Below are positions 63,839-64,000 of a stretch of 64,000 nt of DNA, in pieces. Each line of letters starts with the position of its first letter. Position 1 is the stretch's first letter. The position numbers and the translations under genes are program-made. The stretch lies in contig OZ199840.1 of assembly GCA_964304625.1 (NCBI GenBank), forward strand, positions 9,656,240-9,720,239, written 5' to 3'. The DNA comes from Kudoa neothunni (taxonomy: Eukaryota; Animalia; Cnidaria). The notes beneath the pieces were generated by a model. That model was not told the origin of the DNA, did not search any database, and saw nothing but the letters and a program-made list of their open reading frames with translations.

Positions 63839-64000
63839 TAAAGTTGTTCCCAACTTTTAGTTTAATAACGCCTGATGTAATTTTTTCCCACATTTAAGTT
63901 GTTTAAAATTTTTATTTCGCCTGAATCACATATTCGCAATATTCAGATGGTATTATTGAGTTATGATAGAAAGTGGCTATTTGCATTGTAATAATAATAA

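Noticed and set aside
1-64000. CRISPR arrays, rRNA genes or prokaryotic defence systems
   Set aside because: No repeat-spacer arrays or operons. The window is eukaryotic, and its tandem repeats are simple microsatellites (for example 22820, 27190, 40697, 47076).

Overview
Very AT-rich eukaryotic (metazoan) genomic DNA with compact, highly divergent genes split by short (about 35-65 nt) GT-AG introns, embedded in dense, nested transposon debris. This profile fits a reduced animal parasite such as a myxozoan, but that is inference only. The standard genetic code applies (PepT and ALG11 end at TAA). Host genes reconstructed by hand, most of them missing from or fragmented in the ORF track: PTRHD1, a divergent RAD51-paralog-like gene, two tandem secreted saposin-like paralogs, an SLC15/PepT oligopeptide transporter, a minimal DGCR2-like VWC membrane protein, intronless ALG11, a cytohesin-like Sec7-PH protein with a degenerate catalytic motif, and a truncated class I bHLH-PAS (HIF-alpha/SIM-like) gene. 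Mobile elements include a four-level nest (pogo MITE > unclassified long-TIR element > piggyBac > young Ty3/Gypsy) and Tc1/IS630, hAT/Buster, MULE, pogo, Merlin and tRNA-SINE remnants. The most striking items are: a 4,096-bp Gypsy element whose polyprotein starts inside the 5' LTR, reads through the tRNA primer-binding site and apparently ends inside the 3' LTR; an unclassified element with about 460-bp TIRs and only AT at its flanks; a probable pseudo-ArfGEF; and the saposin pair. Several single-base frameshifts fall in homopolymers and are probably assembly errors.
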